From Thermoplasmata archaeon (GTDB lineage: Archaea; Thermoplasmatota; Thermoplasmata; Lutacidiplasmatales; UBA184): a stretch of 64,000 bases of DNA. The notes below the pieces were generated by a model. The model ran no database searches and had not been told where the DNA came from. It worked only from the letters and a program-made list of their open reading frames with translations. Positions 53,307 to 62,067 of the stretch are shown piece by piece; position 1 is the stretch's first letter; each line of letters begins with the position of its first letter. Both the position numbers and the translations under genes were made by a program. The stretch spans positions 1,474-65,473 of the forward strand of contig DASPSQ010000004.1 in assembly GCA_035623855.1 (NCBI GenBank), written 5' to 3'.

Positions 53307-55352
53307 TCACGGCCCGGCCCGGTGGGACGGCCGGGAATCGTCGCGGCCCATAAAGGTCTCTTCTCCGGATTCCCGATCTCCGTCGCGGAAGGCCGGTTCT
53401 GGACCAGTCTCGTCGGGGGGTGACGATCGGGATCGGGCGTGAGATGTGACCCAAGCCGCGACTCCTCTCGGGAGCGCGGGGATTTCGTGGGGGGCCAGAA
53501 GGAGGCGGCCCACCGCGAGAAGATGATCGGCCCGATCGACCAGGAGGGCGCTCGAGCCCGGGGACAACGCCGGGTCGCTATCGACGACAAACCGGGTGAA
53601 AAGGGTACGTCCTTCGCGCACGAACGGGACCGCGTCGTCCGCGACGACGACACGGACGCGTCCCGCCGGGAGCGTCGCGTGAAGGATCTTGGCTCCTACG
53701 AAGGTCGGTCGCGGAACTCCATCCGTTCCGATGTAGAACGCGATCTTCCCCTCGGAGAGCGTCGCCCGAAGGCGGCCGGTACGACGGGAGCGTTCTCCGG
53801 AGAATCCGTGAGCGAGCTCCTCCGCGGCGTTCGGCCCATAGGTCCATTCGAGAAGACCCGAAATCTGTCGGCGGGTCCATGCTTCGGTCCAGTCCCGCCC
53901 CCGCTCGGTCCGTTCTCCCAACGCGGAGTCGACCGCCGGAACGATCGAACTGGGCGAGCGGTGCTGGGGCCGCCGCACGAACTCCTCTTCGCCAAGGTAC
54001 GGCCCCACCGGGTAGAGGTCGGTCAGCTCCAGGGGGACCGGTCCGAGCGGAGTGGACACCTGCCAATCGACGCTGGAGCCGGAGGTGTCGGTCGTCGGGA
54101 CGTGCTGCAGGTACTCCGGTCGCAAGGGGATCCGGGGAAGCTCGAGCGGCCGTACTCGGCCCGCGGAATAGACCGCGACCCGACGACGGAACCGGACGAC
54201 ACTCGGCCGTCTTCGACTCTCGGGGTCAACCTCCCGAAACGCCCGTCGGCTTTCCGGTTCGGTCGGAAGGAAAACCTCCGGGCCATCCCGGGCGGCCGCG
54301 AGACCTGCCCGCAGTGCGGGGTGCGCGCCGGCCCGCCGCTCGGCGAGCTCCCATAACACCCCATCGCGGATCGCCTGGCGGACGCGCCCGATCTCGTCGA
54401 CGGATGCGAGGAGATTGTGGATCGCCACCCATCGCTCGCGCTCCTCCGCACGAAGTTTGGCGACCTCCGTGAGGGGCCGATCCGCGCAGAGAAAACAGTG
54501 GCAGGTGGACTCTCGTACGTCCTTAAGCGCGGTCGTCCCGTCGGGGAAGAGAAGGTCGCCCCGTCGGGCGAACTTGAGATACGCCGCGGAGTCGAACAGA
54601 TCGACCCCGAACAGAGCGGCGAACGCGAACATCATTGGGTGACCGGTCCCGAACAGATGCACTGCCGCGCCCGGAGAGAGTGTCGGTCGCACTGCGCCGA
54701 GGACGCCCGCGAGTTCTGGGAATCGGTACTGCTCCATCAGAGGCACGACGCCGCCGACGGCCAGAACCTCGCCAAGGGCGCTCGCCTCCGCCGCCGCACG
54801 TGACCGCAGAGAGCCGTGGCTTCCGCCCTGAACCGGCACGGCGAGTAGCCCTCGACGCCCCCGTCGGGCCTCTCGCGCCCGATCGAGGGTCATCTCGAGG
54901 GACGTGGTCGCGGAATCGAGCGATGCGTCCGGCTCGGTGAAGACATCGAGCACAGTGGCAATGTCCGTCCCGATCCGATTCTGGAACTCGAGGATCTCGG
55001 AAGGCTGGACCTCGATCGATCCGTAGGCATGCTGCTGAAATGCCCCCGAGTCGGTCATGATCGGCCCATCGAAGCCAAGGAGGCCGTGGATCCCATCTCG
55101 CTCGACCCGGGCGCGCAGAGGCGGGATGCGGCCGACGATGTACGCCGACGTGATCACGGCCCGGACTCCAAGCCGCCGCCGCATCTCGGCCGGCGAGATC
55201 GGCTGGCGATTCGGGTCCGGATGGACGACGGGGAGCAGTGCCGGCGTTTCGATCGGACCGTGAGGGGTGGTGAGTCGTCCGATCCGCGCAAGGCCGTCGC
55301 GTTCCAGCACCTCGAACGACGGGGCGACGTCCGACGTGGTTTGTTCCCTCAC
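53307..55352 (-). CDS. tgtA: Archaeosine tRNA-guanine transglycosylase (ArcTGT) with C-terminal extension/PUA-like region
   Basis: FEVLERDGLARIGRLTTPHGPIETPALLPVV, IMTDSGAFQ and CHCFLC zinc site. 681-aa length typical of ArcTGT. GTG start overlaps the UDG stop (GTGA). Confidence 0.9.
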   Translation of the reverse strand: MREQTTSDVAPSFEVLERDGLARIGRLTTPHGPIETPALLPVVHPDPNRQPISPAEMRRRLGVRAVITSAYIVGRIPPLRARVERDGIHGLLGFDGPIMTDSGAFQQHAYGSIEVQPSEILEFQNRIGTDIATVLDVFTEPDASLDSATTSLEMTLDRAREARRGRRGLLAVPVQGGSHGSLRSRAAAEASALGEVLAVGGVVPLMEQYRFPELAGVLGAVRPTLSPGAAVHLFGTGHPMMFAFAALFGVDLFDSAAYLKFARRGDLLFPDGTTALKDVRESTCHCFLCADRPLTEVAKLRAEERERWVAIHNLLASVDEIGRVRQAIRDGVLWELAERRAGAHPALRAGLAAARDGPEVFLPTEPESRRAFREVDPESRRRPSVVRFRRRVAVYSAGRVRPLELPRIPLRPEYLQHVPTTDTSGSSVDWQVSTPLGPVPLELTDLYPVGPYLGEEEFVRRPQHRSPSSIVPAVDSALGERTERGRDWTEAWTRRQISGLLEWTYGPNAAEELAHGFSGERSRRTGRLRATLSEGKIAFYIGTDGVPRPTFVGAKILHATLPAGRVRVVVADDAVPFVREGRTLFTRFVVDSDPALSPGSSALLVDRADHLLAVGRLLLAPHEIPALPRGVAAWVTSHARSRSSPPDETGPEPAFRDGDRESGEETFMGRDDSRPSHRAGP

Positions 55353-56062
55353 GTGGCGCCTCCTGATCCATTCGAGCGGGTCTCAAAAGACTCCCGAATG
55401 CGGGTCAGGAGCCCGACGAGCATCTCGTGGGAGAGCTTGCCGGTGTTTGTGTTCTGCGGACTGGGGTGGTACGATCCCCAGAGAAGGGGTCGGCCTGGAC
55501 CGAGCGACGCGCACGCTCCATGGGCGAACGGGACGGTGGGCCGGGGCCGGTCGTAGGCGATCGGCACGACCTCGCGGAGTGCGTCCCAAGCAAACCCGCC
55601 GAGCGCGAGGATCGCCCGAGCGTTGGTCAGCAGTCGAAGTTCGCGCGCGAGGTACGGCGCGCAGTTCTCACGCTCCCGGGGTGCGGGGCGGTTGCCCGGC
55701 GGGGCGCATCGGACGGCCGCGGTGAGGTAGAGATCGGTGTACCGAAGACCGTCCCCGCGTCGGACCGAAGTGGGCTGGTTCGCGAATCCGGCGGCGTGGA
55801 ATGCTCGGACGAGGAACGCCGCGGACCGGTCCCCGGTGAACATCCGGCCGGTCCGGTTGGACCCATGCGCGGCCGGAGCGAGCCCGACCGCCACAAGCCG
55901 GGCGTGGGGATCGCCGAAACCGGGAACTCCTCGTGCCCAGTAGTCGTCCCCGCGGAACTCCCGCTTCTTTTCACGGGCGATGCCCTCTCGAAACCGGACG
56001 AGTCGCGGGCACCGAACACAGGCGATGACCTCGGAACGTATCGATTCGAACGAATCGGCCAC
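55349..56062 (-). CDS. Uracil-DNA glycosylase, family 5 (UDGb)-like, Fe-S type
   Basis: CVRCPRLV cysteine cluster, GLAPAAHGSNRTGRMFTGD (the GLAPA motif is characteristic of family 5, versus GE(A/G)PG in family 4), HPSPQN. Confidence 0.82.
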   Translation of the reverse strand: MADSFESIRSEVIACVRCPRLVRFREGIAREKKREFRGDDYWARGVPGFGDPHARLVAVGLAPAAHGSNRTGRMFTGDRSAAFLVRAFHAAGFANQPTSVRRGDGLRYTDLYLTAAVRCAPPGNRPAPRERENCAPYLARELRLLTNARAILALGGFAWDALREVVPIAYDRPRPTVPFAHGACASLGPGRPLLWGSYHPSPQNTNTGKLSHEMLVGLLTRIRESFETRSNGSGGAT

Positions 56063-56142
56063 ACCCCCTGGGGGAATTGCAGAAAGATATGGGCTTCGCC
56101 GAGCGGTGGTCGCCCGCAGTGGTCACCGAGCGTGACCTACCC

Positions 56143-56149
56143 CTATAGA
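56143..56149 (+). promoter_or_regulatory. TATA-like CTATAGA about 27 nt upstream of ATG 56173
   Basis: The only A/T-rich block in the 92-nt intergenic region. Supports the second start (MTETRVPRG). Confidence 0.35.
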
Positions 56150-56172
56150 AGGACGTGCCGTATCGATCTCCG

Positions 56173-57390
56173 ATGACCGAAACCCGTGTCCCGAGAGGCG
56201 CCCGCGTACGCCTCGGAGCGCTCTCGGGCGACTTAAGGGTCGAAGCGAACGCTCGCCTCGACGTCGACGGTCGGCTGGTAGTGCCGGGTGAGGCCCGCTT
56301 CCAGGGCACGTCCGACATCCTCGGGGATTTCGAGTGCCGATCGCTTCGTTCCGACGACGGGACCGTTCATGTCCACGGAAATCTCACCGTCGAAGAGGAC
56401 ATTCACTCCGAGGACGCGGCCCTGGAAGTCGACGGAGAGCTGCGATCCCGCGACGTGGACGTCGATCGGGGGCTCCAGGTGCGCGGGCCCATTCGAGGTC
56501 GCTCGTTCGAGGTCGGTGGGTATCTCGAAGGGGGATCGACCTTGGACGGGACCCGTGTCTCGGCGGGAGGCAAAGTGCGGCTCGCCGGGAAGATGACCGC
56601 TCAAGAGGTGGAAGCGGGAGGCTCGATCGACATCGCCGAGGTGGACCTGGAGGCTCTCGAGGCCGGTGGGCTCGTGCACATTGGGGGAGGGACGGTCCGT
56701 CGCTCGATTAAGGTAGGTGGACGGTTCGTCTCCGAGGCTCCCACACACTTCGGTGCGCTGAACGCGGGGGGGTTTGCGGAACTCCGAGGCGACGGGTACG
56801 GGGGATCCGTGAAGGTCGGTGGGTTCTTTACGGCACGTAGAAACCTCACCTTCACGACCTTTGAAGCCGGGGGATTTGGGACCGTCGAGGGGGACGCCCG
56901 AGGAGCGGATGTCGAAATCGGGGGCCGCTTCCGTGTCGGGGGAGCCCTCGTTCTCACCGGGACTCTGGAAGTGGGTGGCTCCATTTCGGTTCGCCGAGAG
57001 CTCTTGGCCCAACGACTTGACCTCGGGGGGAAGCTCTCCGCGCAGCGAGGAACGATCCAATCCAGTGCGGACGTCGGTGGCGCGATCGAGACCCAGGACG
57101 GGCTCAAGGCCGAGCGCATTCTCCTCGGCCGACACGCGCGAGCCACCGGACCCCTCGTTGGCGGCGCCGTCGAACTCCGGGAGAAGGCCCGGGCCGAGGA
57201 CGTCTACGGCGAGTCCGTCGAACTCCGATCGCGTGCGAGTGCCCGCCGGATTGTGGCGGTGACCGTACGCCTCGGAGAAGACGCGAAGGCGGACGAGGTC
57301 ATCTACTCCCAGACGGTCGAGGTTTCGCCCGGCGCCTCCGTGCGAACTCCACCGCGAAAGGTCGACCAGCTTCCTCCGTTCCCTCTCTGA
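56173..57390 (+). CDS. Bactofilin-like (polymer-forming cytoskeletal family) beta-helix repeat protein
   Basis: About 30 short repeats with a hydrophobic-x-hydrophobic-x-GG period (VEAGGSIDI, LEAGGLVHIGGG, IKVGGRFV, LNAGGFAEL, VKVGGFFT, FEAGGFGTV, VEIGGRFRVGG, LEVGGSISV, LDLGGKLS, ADVGGAIET). Confidence 0.5.
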   Translation: MTETRVPRGARVRLGALSGDLRVEANARLDVDGRLVVPGEARFQGTSDILGDFECRSLRSDDGTVHVHGNLTVEEDIHSEDAALEVDGELRSRDVDVDRGLQVRGPIRGRSFEVGGYLEGGSTLDGTRVSAGGKVRLAGKMTAQEVEAGGSIDIAEVDLEALEAGGLVHIGGGTVRRSIKVGGRFVSEAPTHFGALNAGGFAELRGDGYGGSVKVGGFFTARRNLTFTTFEAGGFGTVEGDARGADVEIGGRFRVGGALVLTGTLEVGGSISVRRELLAQRLDLGGKLSAQRGTIQSSADVGGAIETQDGLKAERILLGRHARATGPLVGGAVELREKARAEDVYGESVELRSRASARRIVAVTVRLGEDAKADEVIYSQTVEVSPGASVRTPPRKVDQLPPFPL

Positions 57391-57405
57391 TCCGAGGTCC
57401 CGGGG

Positions 57406-57738
57406 ATGTTGGGCGACCAAGAGGCACGGGGAGGAGGGACGCGGCGGCGAGAGGCCACCGACCTCTACGCGACCGTCCTTGAGGTCGTGAAGCGCTATCA
57501 CGGGGCCGCGCGAATCACGCGGGTCTCGTATGGCGCGGGCATGCCGGTGGACCGGGTCCGGATCTTGGTCCGGAGGCTGATCGGAGCCGGTCTACTCCGG
57601 ACGGAGGAACGGGACGGCCGGCCGGTGTACGACATCACCGCGAGGGGCCAGGAGTTCCTCGACACCTACTGGAAGATGCGGGGATACGTGGAGTCGCTCA
57701 ATCGGTCGCCCGAGGAGCGAACCTTCCGACGGCGGTGA
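57406..57738 (+). CDS. Small winged-helix DNA-binding protein
   Basis: LYATVLEVVKRYHGAARITRVSYGAGMPVDRVRILVRRLIGAGLLRTEERDGRPVYDITARGQEFL is a wHTH pattern. Lies 15 nt after the bactofilin-like gene. Confidence 0.55.
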   Translation: MLGDQEARGGGTRRREATDLYATVLEVVKRYHGAARITRVSYGAGMPVDRVRILVRRLIGAGLLRTEERDGRPVYDITARGQEFLDTYWKMRGYVESLNRSPEERTFRRR

Positions 57739-57761
57739 TCCTCGAACGACGACTGCTCCGG

Positions 57762-58121
57762 CTAGCCGTACCGAGGGACGGTAGGGTCAACCTCGAGCGA
57801 CCATGCGTCAATTCCCCCGGAGAGATTGGCCACAGATTTCCACCCCCGGCTCGAGAGGAATCCCGCCACCATATTGGAGCGCGAACCGGCGTGACAGTAG
57901 ACGATCACTTCCCGATCCTTCGGGATCTCTGCGAGTCGTGCCGGCACTTCGGACATCGGGATATGGAGGGACGGGGCGATCGTCGCGAGCTCCCTCTCAT
58001 ACGGCTCTCGAACGTCCAGGAATAGGACCTCATCGGGCCGCTCTTTGAGCTGGCGGGCCGCCTCCTCCGCGGAAACCTGGGAGACCATCGACCTCTCCCA
58101 GCTCATCCTGGAGAAAGACAT
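57762..58121 (-). CDS. Single-domain rhodanese-like sulfurtransferase
   Basis: LFLDVREPYE and IVYCHAGSRS active-site loop, GGIDAW. Real start may be Met12 (58088), with an A/T-rich box at 58112-58118. Confidence 0.85.
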   Translation of the reverse strand: MSFSRMSWERSMVSQVSAEEAARQLKERPDEVLFLDVREPYERELATIAPSLHIPMSEVPARLAEIPKDREVIVYCHAGSRSNMVAGFLSSRGWKSVANLSGGIDAWSLEVDPTVPRYG

Positions 58122-58253
58122 TGCGGTGCCACGAAATCGAGGACGCTACAGTTCCGGTCGGTGCGTGTGCGCAGTCCAAATCGTTTAGTACGACCATCGC
58201 CCAAGCCCGGCACTCCCATGGAATTTCGATGTGATCGAAGGGGGTTGTAGTCG

Positions 58254-59201
58254 ATGGCTGCTGCATCGATTGAGACGTATGACCTCACGAAACAGTTCGG
58301 GAGGTTCACCGCCCTCGATTCCCTGAACCTGAAGATTGAGGGAACGAAGTGTGTCGGGTTCCTGGGACCGAACGGCGCCGGGAAGACCACCACTCTGAAG
58401 CTCCTCACCGACATGATTTTTCCGAGCCGTGGCGGATGCTCGATCAACGGGATCTCCGTTCGGGAGAACCGAAAGGACGCTCTCGCCCGAACCGGGGTCC
58501 TGATCGAAAGCCCGGAGATCTATCCGTCGCTCACTCCGAACGAAGCTCTCGGAATGGTCGCCGACCTGCGGGGCATCCCTCCCTCCGAGCGGAAGTCCCG
58601 CATCGAGACGGTCCTCGGGGACGTGAAGATGTTGGATTGGGCCGACCAAAAGGTCGGCCGGATGTCGAAAGGGATGAAGCAGCGGATCAACATCGCCTCC
58701 GCGCTCGTCCATAACCCGGATGTCCTGCTCCTGGACGAACCGTCGACCGGGCTCGACCCTCGCGGGATGGCGGAAGTCCGTGCAATCGTCCGGGACCTCA
58801 AGAAGAGCCAGCGACTGATCTTCATGAGCAGCCACATCCTCAGCGAAGTAGTCGACATCTGCGACGAGGTGGCGCTGATCGACAAGGGGAAGCTGCTGTT
58901 CTACGACACCCTGGAAAACGTGACCTCCCGGTTCGCCGTCGCCCACACCTCCGTGGACGTCGAGTTCGCCCGTCCGGTCGCGCCTGAAGTCGTAGCCCAG
59001 AAGTTCGGCGCGCTGGCCGGGGTGACGAATACCCAGGTCTTGGACCCGAAACGAGTCCGAGTTGGGTTCACCGGTGGTCTCGAGGGCCAGGAGCGCCTGT
59101 TCAGCTCGCTTGTCGGCCTTCAGCTCGGGGTCATCGGAATGCGCGAGTCGGAAAGCGCGCTCGAGGAAATCTACCTCAGCCAGATCTCCCGGGGGGACTA
59201 G
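58254..59201 (+). CDS. ABC transporter ATP-binding protein (ABC-2 exporter type)
   Basis: GFLGPNGAGKTTT (Walker A), MSKGMKQR (signature-like), LLLDEPSTGLD (Walker B). Confidence 0.92.
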   Translation: MAAASIETYDLTKQFGRFTALDSLNLKIEGTKCVGFLGPNGAGKTTTLKLLTDMIFPSRGGCSINGISVRENRKDALARTGVLIESPEIYPSLTPNEALGMVADLRGIPPSERKSRIETVLGDVKMLDWADQKVGRMSKGMKQRINIASALVHNPDVLLLDEPSTGLDPRGMAEVRAIVRDLKKSQRLIFMSSHILSEVVDICDEVALIDKGKLLFYDTLENVTSRFAVAHTSVDVEFARPVAPEVVAQKFGALAGVTNTQVLDPKRVRVGFTGGLEGQERLFSSLVGLQLGVIGMRESESALEEIYLSQISRGD

Positions 59202-59259
59202 AACCGTGGCGGCGGAGGATATCCTCGTGGGGTCCGGTCCGCTTCGAGTGCCGGCATCG

Positions 59260-60084
59260 ATGCAACAGGTGGGCAAGCTGACCCGGTACCAATTCCGCGA
59301 GTATCTTCGCTCGCGCCGGTTCGTCGCGCTCGCCGCGATCGTCCTCCTCATTGGAGCCATCCTCACGGCGGTGGTCGGGTACTACCGCACGTCGGTCATC
59401 TCGACGAACCTGGCCTTCTACGGCTCTTTCTGGGGGAGTGGAGCGGACATCGTGATCGTTCTTGCCGCCGTGTTCTTCGGTGGCGACGCGATCGCCGGCG
59501 AGTTCCAAAACAAGACCGGCTACTTCCTCATGGGACTCCCGCTTCGTCGGTCCACGGTCTACGTGGGAAAGTTCATCGCCGCCTACGCCGCGTCGCTCTC
59601 GATGCTTCTTCTGTTCCTCGTGGTCCTCGTGGGGAACGGGGTCTACTACTTCGGGAGCAGTGCGCTCCCCTGGCAACTCGGGCTATCGCTGCTGATCGCG
59701 ATCGTCTATCTCAGCGCGGTCCTCGGCGCCACCTTCCTCTTCAGCTCCTTGTTCAAGACGAGCGCGTACGGCTTCGTTCTCACGGCCATTCTCTTCCTCT
59801 TCGGGTTCACGCTCCTGCAGGACCTCGTGACCGGGCTCGTCAAGATCGAGCCGTGGATGATCATCTCCTACGCGGAGTCGACCATCGGGAGCGTCTTTTC
59901 CTCGAGCGTGAACTGGGGAATTCAGGGGTCGGTCGTGACCACGACGACCATGTTCGGACGCAGAGCGGTCACGACGACCACGTACACGGCCGGCATCGCC
60001 GAGGGGATTGTGATCATGATCGCCTATCTCGTGATCACGGCGGTCGCCGGGCTGTGGCTGTTCGAACGAGAGGAGTTCACCTAG
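59260..60084 (+). CDS. ABC-2 family permease (NosY/COG1277-like)
   Basis: Six TM segments. GEFQNKTGYFLMGLPLRRSTVYVGKF motif. Start at ATG 59260, or in-frame GTG at 59206 or 59248. Confidence 0.75.
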   Translation: MQQVGKLTRYQFREYLRSRRFVALAAIVLLIGAILTAVVGYYRTSVISTNLAFYGSFWGSGADIVIVLAAVFFGGDAIAGEFQNKTGYFLMGLPLRRSTVYVGKFIAAYAASLSMLLLFLVVLVGNGVYYFGSSALPWQLGLSLLIAIVYLSAVLGATFLFSSLFKTSAYGFVLTAILFLFGFTLLQDLVTGLVKIEPWMIISYAESTIGSVFSSSVNWGIQGSVVTTTTMFGRRAVTTTTYTAGIAEGIVIMIAYLVITAVAGLWLFEREEFT

Positions 60085-60127
60085 GCAACGGCCATGACCC
60101 GAGCGTGGACGCAAATCCCGAGGCGGC

Positions 60128-61009
60128 GTGCCGCGGCTCGGAGTGCGGTATCCACGTCGCGTTGAGCCGAGGACACCCGAAGGATCGACCGTGGACCTCT
60201 CTCGGCTGCCCTCCGACTACCTCCAGCTGATCTCAGCGTTCCGCCGTCAGCTCCGATTCTACCTGCGCACACTTCGCTACGTCGGATGTCTGGGATTCGT
60301 CCTCGTGGTCGGAGGCGCAGTGACGGGCGTCACGATCGCCGAAGGCTCGTCGATGGGCACCGCGGCCGCCTCCCTCGCGTCGGGGCTCGGGAGCATCGCG
60401 ACGCTCGGCATCATCTTCTGCGCTCTGATCGGCGGCGATGCGATCGCGATGGATTTCGGCAGCGGGACGGGCTACTTCATGCTGGTTCTTCCAGTGCGCC
60501 GCGCGATCCTCCTCCTTGGTCGGTACCTTGGAGCCTTCGTCGTAACCGTATCGCTGGTCCTCGTGATCTACGCCTTTGCGATCTTCGCGACCGCGTGGTT
60601 CTACGGACTCGGGGGGATCCCTTGGGCGGACGTCGGGGCGTCGTTCCTCCTCGCCCTCCTCTTCGTGGCGTCCGTCCTCGCGACCGCGTTCTTCTTCAGT
60701 TCGTTCTTCCGCAGTCCGGCGATGAGCATCGTCACGACGATCCTCGTGCTCTTCTTGGGTCTGGACATCGCCGACGGGATCCTCGTAGTGACGGGGATCG
60801 AGCCGTGGTTTTCCATCCTGTACGCAGGAGAGGTCATTTCGAACGCGATCGTTCCGGTCGCGCACAAGACCGTGACCCAGGTGGCCGGTCTCACGATCAC
60901 GACGTACAGCCCCTACCAGTGGGAAGGGGCGGTCATCATGGTGGCCTACCTGGTCGTGTTTCTGTTCCTCAGCATCGTGATCTACCAGCGGAAGGAGTCG
61001 AAAGGCTGA
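60128..61009 (+). CDS. ABC-2 family permease, paralogue of the preceding gene
   Basis: MDFGSGTGYFMLVLPVRRAILLLGRYL parallels the motif in the upstream permease. Six TM segments. Start uncertain. Confidence 0.7.
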   Translation: MPRLGVRYPRRVEPRTPEGSTVDLSRLPSDYLQLISAFRRQLRFYLRTLRYVGCLGFVLVVGGAVTGVTIAEGSSMGTAAASLASGLGSIATLGIIFCALIGGDAIAMDFGSGTGYFMLVLPVRRAILLLGRYLGAFVVTVSLVLVIYAFAIFATAWFYGLGGIPWADVGASFLLALLFVASVLATAFFFSSFFRSPAMSIVTTILVLFLGLDIADGILVVTGIEPWFSILYAGEVISNAIVPVAHKTVTQVAGLTITTYSPYQWEGAVIMVAYLVVFLFLSIVIYQRKESKG

Positions 61010-61011
61010 CC

Positions 61012-61980
61012 GTGTCGCGCATCGAGGTCCATGAGCTCAGTAAGTACTTCACCGCGAGCCGACCGGCGCTCGTCGACGCATCGTTCGCCTACGAAGGTTC
61101 GGGCGCGATCGGGTATCTCGGCCCAAATGGGGCCGGAAAGACGACCACCCTCAAACTCCTGACCGGCCTCCTCCGACCCACGCGGGGGTCCGCGACGATC
61201 AACGGAATCGACGTGGCGGAGGATCCCAAACATGCAATGGCCGATGTGGGGGCAGTCATCGAAACACCCGAACCGTACCCGTCCCAAACCGTCTCCGAGG
61301 CGATCGAGATGGTCGCTGAATTCCGAACCGGAGACCTCCGCGGGTCGCGGGAGGAGATTGCGGCACTCCACGCGCGGCTCGAACTGCCCCCCTTCGACCA
61401 GCGCACCGGTCGACTGTCGAAGGGCCAGCGTCAGCGCGTGGTGGTCGCCGCCGCGCTCGTGCGCGATCCCCGGATCCTCCTCCTGGACGAACCGACGAAT
61501 GGTCTCGACCCGAAGGAGCGGATCCTGATTCGGAACCTTCTCAACGACCTCAAGAAAGATCACCTGATTCTGATGAGCTCGCACTTGATGCAAGAGGTCA
61601 CGGAAATCTGCGACCAGGTGATCTTCATCAATCAAGGACAGATCGTCCTCCGCGACACGGTGGAGAACATCGCACGTCGCTTCCAGGCGCGCGCGGTCGA
61701 TGCGGAGTTCGCGACCCCGATGCCGATCGATCGGATCCGCGGCCTCGGGCCGCTCGTCCAGGACGTCGTGGTGATTGGGGAGCGGAGATTCCGGATCATG
61801 TTCGATGGAACGAACTCCGCCCGAGCGGAGATTCTGGCCGGCTTGGTGAAGCTGGGGCCCGTCCTCTCCTACGCGAGTGCGTCGCTGGTGCTCGAGGAAG
61901 CCTACCTCTCCCTGATGCAGGGAACCGGTAATGCACACGTCGGTGCCTCGCCAAGGAGTAGCTCCGACGTTGCCGGGTAG
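61012..61980 (+). CDS. ABC transporter ATP-binding protein (second copy)
   Basis: GTG at 61012 gives VSRIEVHELSKYF...GYLGPNGAGKTTT, LSKGQRQR, LLLDEPTNGLD. The N-terminal 240 aa of track ORF 60286..61980 are out-of-frame overlap with the permease. Confidence 0.9.
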   Translation: MSRIEVHELSKYFTASRPALVDASFAYEGSGAIGYLGPNGAGKTTTLKLLTGLLRPTRGSATINGIDVAEDPKHAMADVGAVIETPEPYPSQTVSEAIEMVAEFRTGDLRGSREEIAALHARLELPPFDQRTGRLSKGQRQRVVVAAALVRDPRILLLDEPTNGLDPKERILIRNLLNDLKKDHLILMSSHLMQEVTEICDQVIFINQGQIVLRDTVENIARRFQARAVDAEFATPMPIDRIRGLGPLVQDVVVIGERRFRIMFDGTNSARAEILAGLVKLGPVLSYASASLVLEEAYLSLMQGTGNAHVGASPRSSSDVAG

Positions 61981-62067
61981 ATCCGGCCCGGCCGAACGCC
62001 GGGGCCGTCCGGGCGCGCAGCACTTTCCAAAACCTTATGGGGCGAGGCCGGGTCGTTTGCCCCGCCG

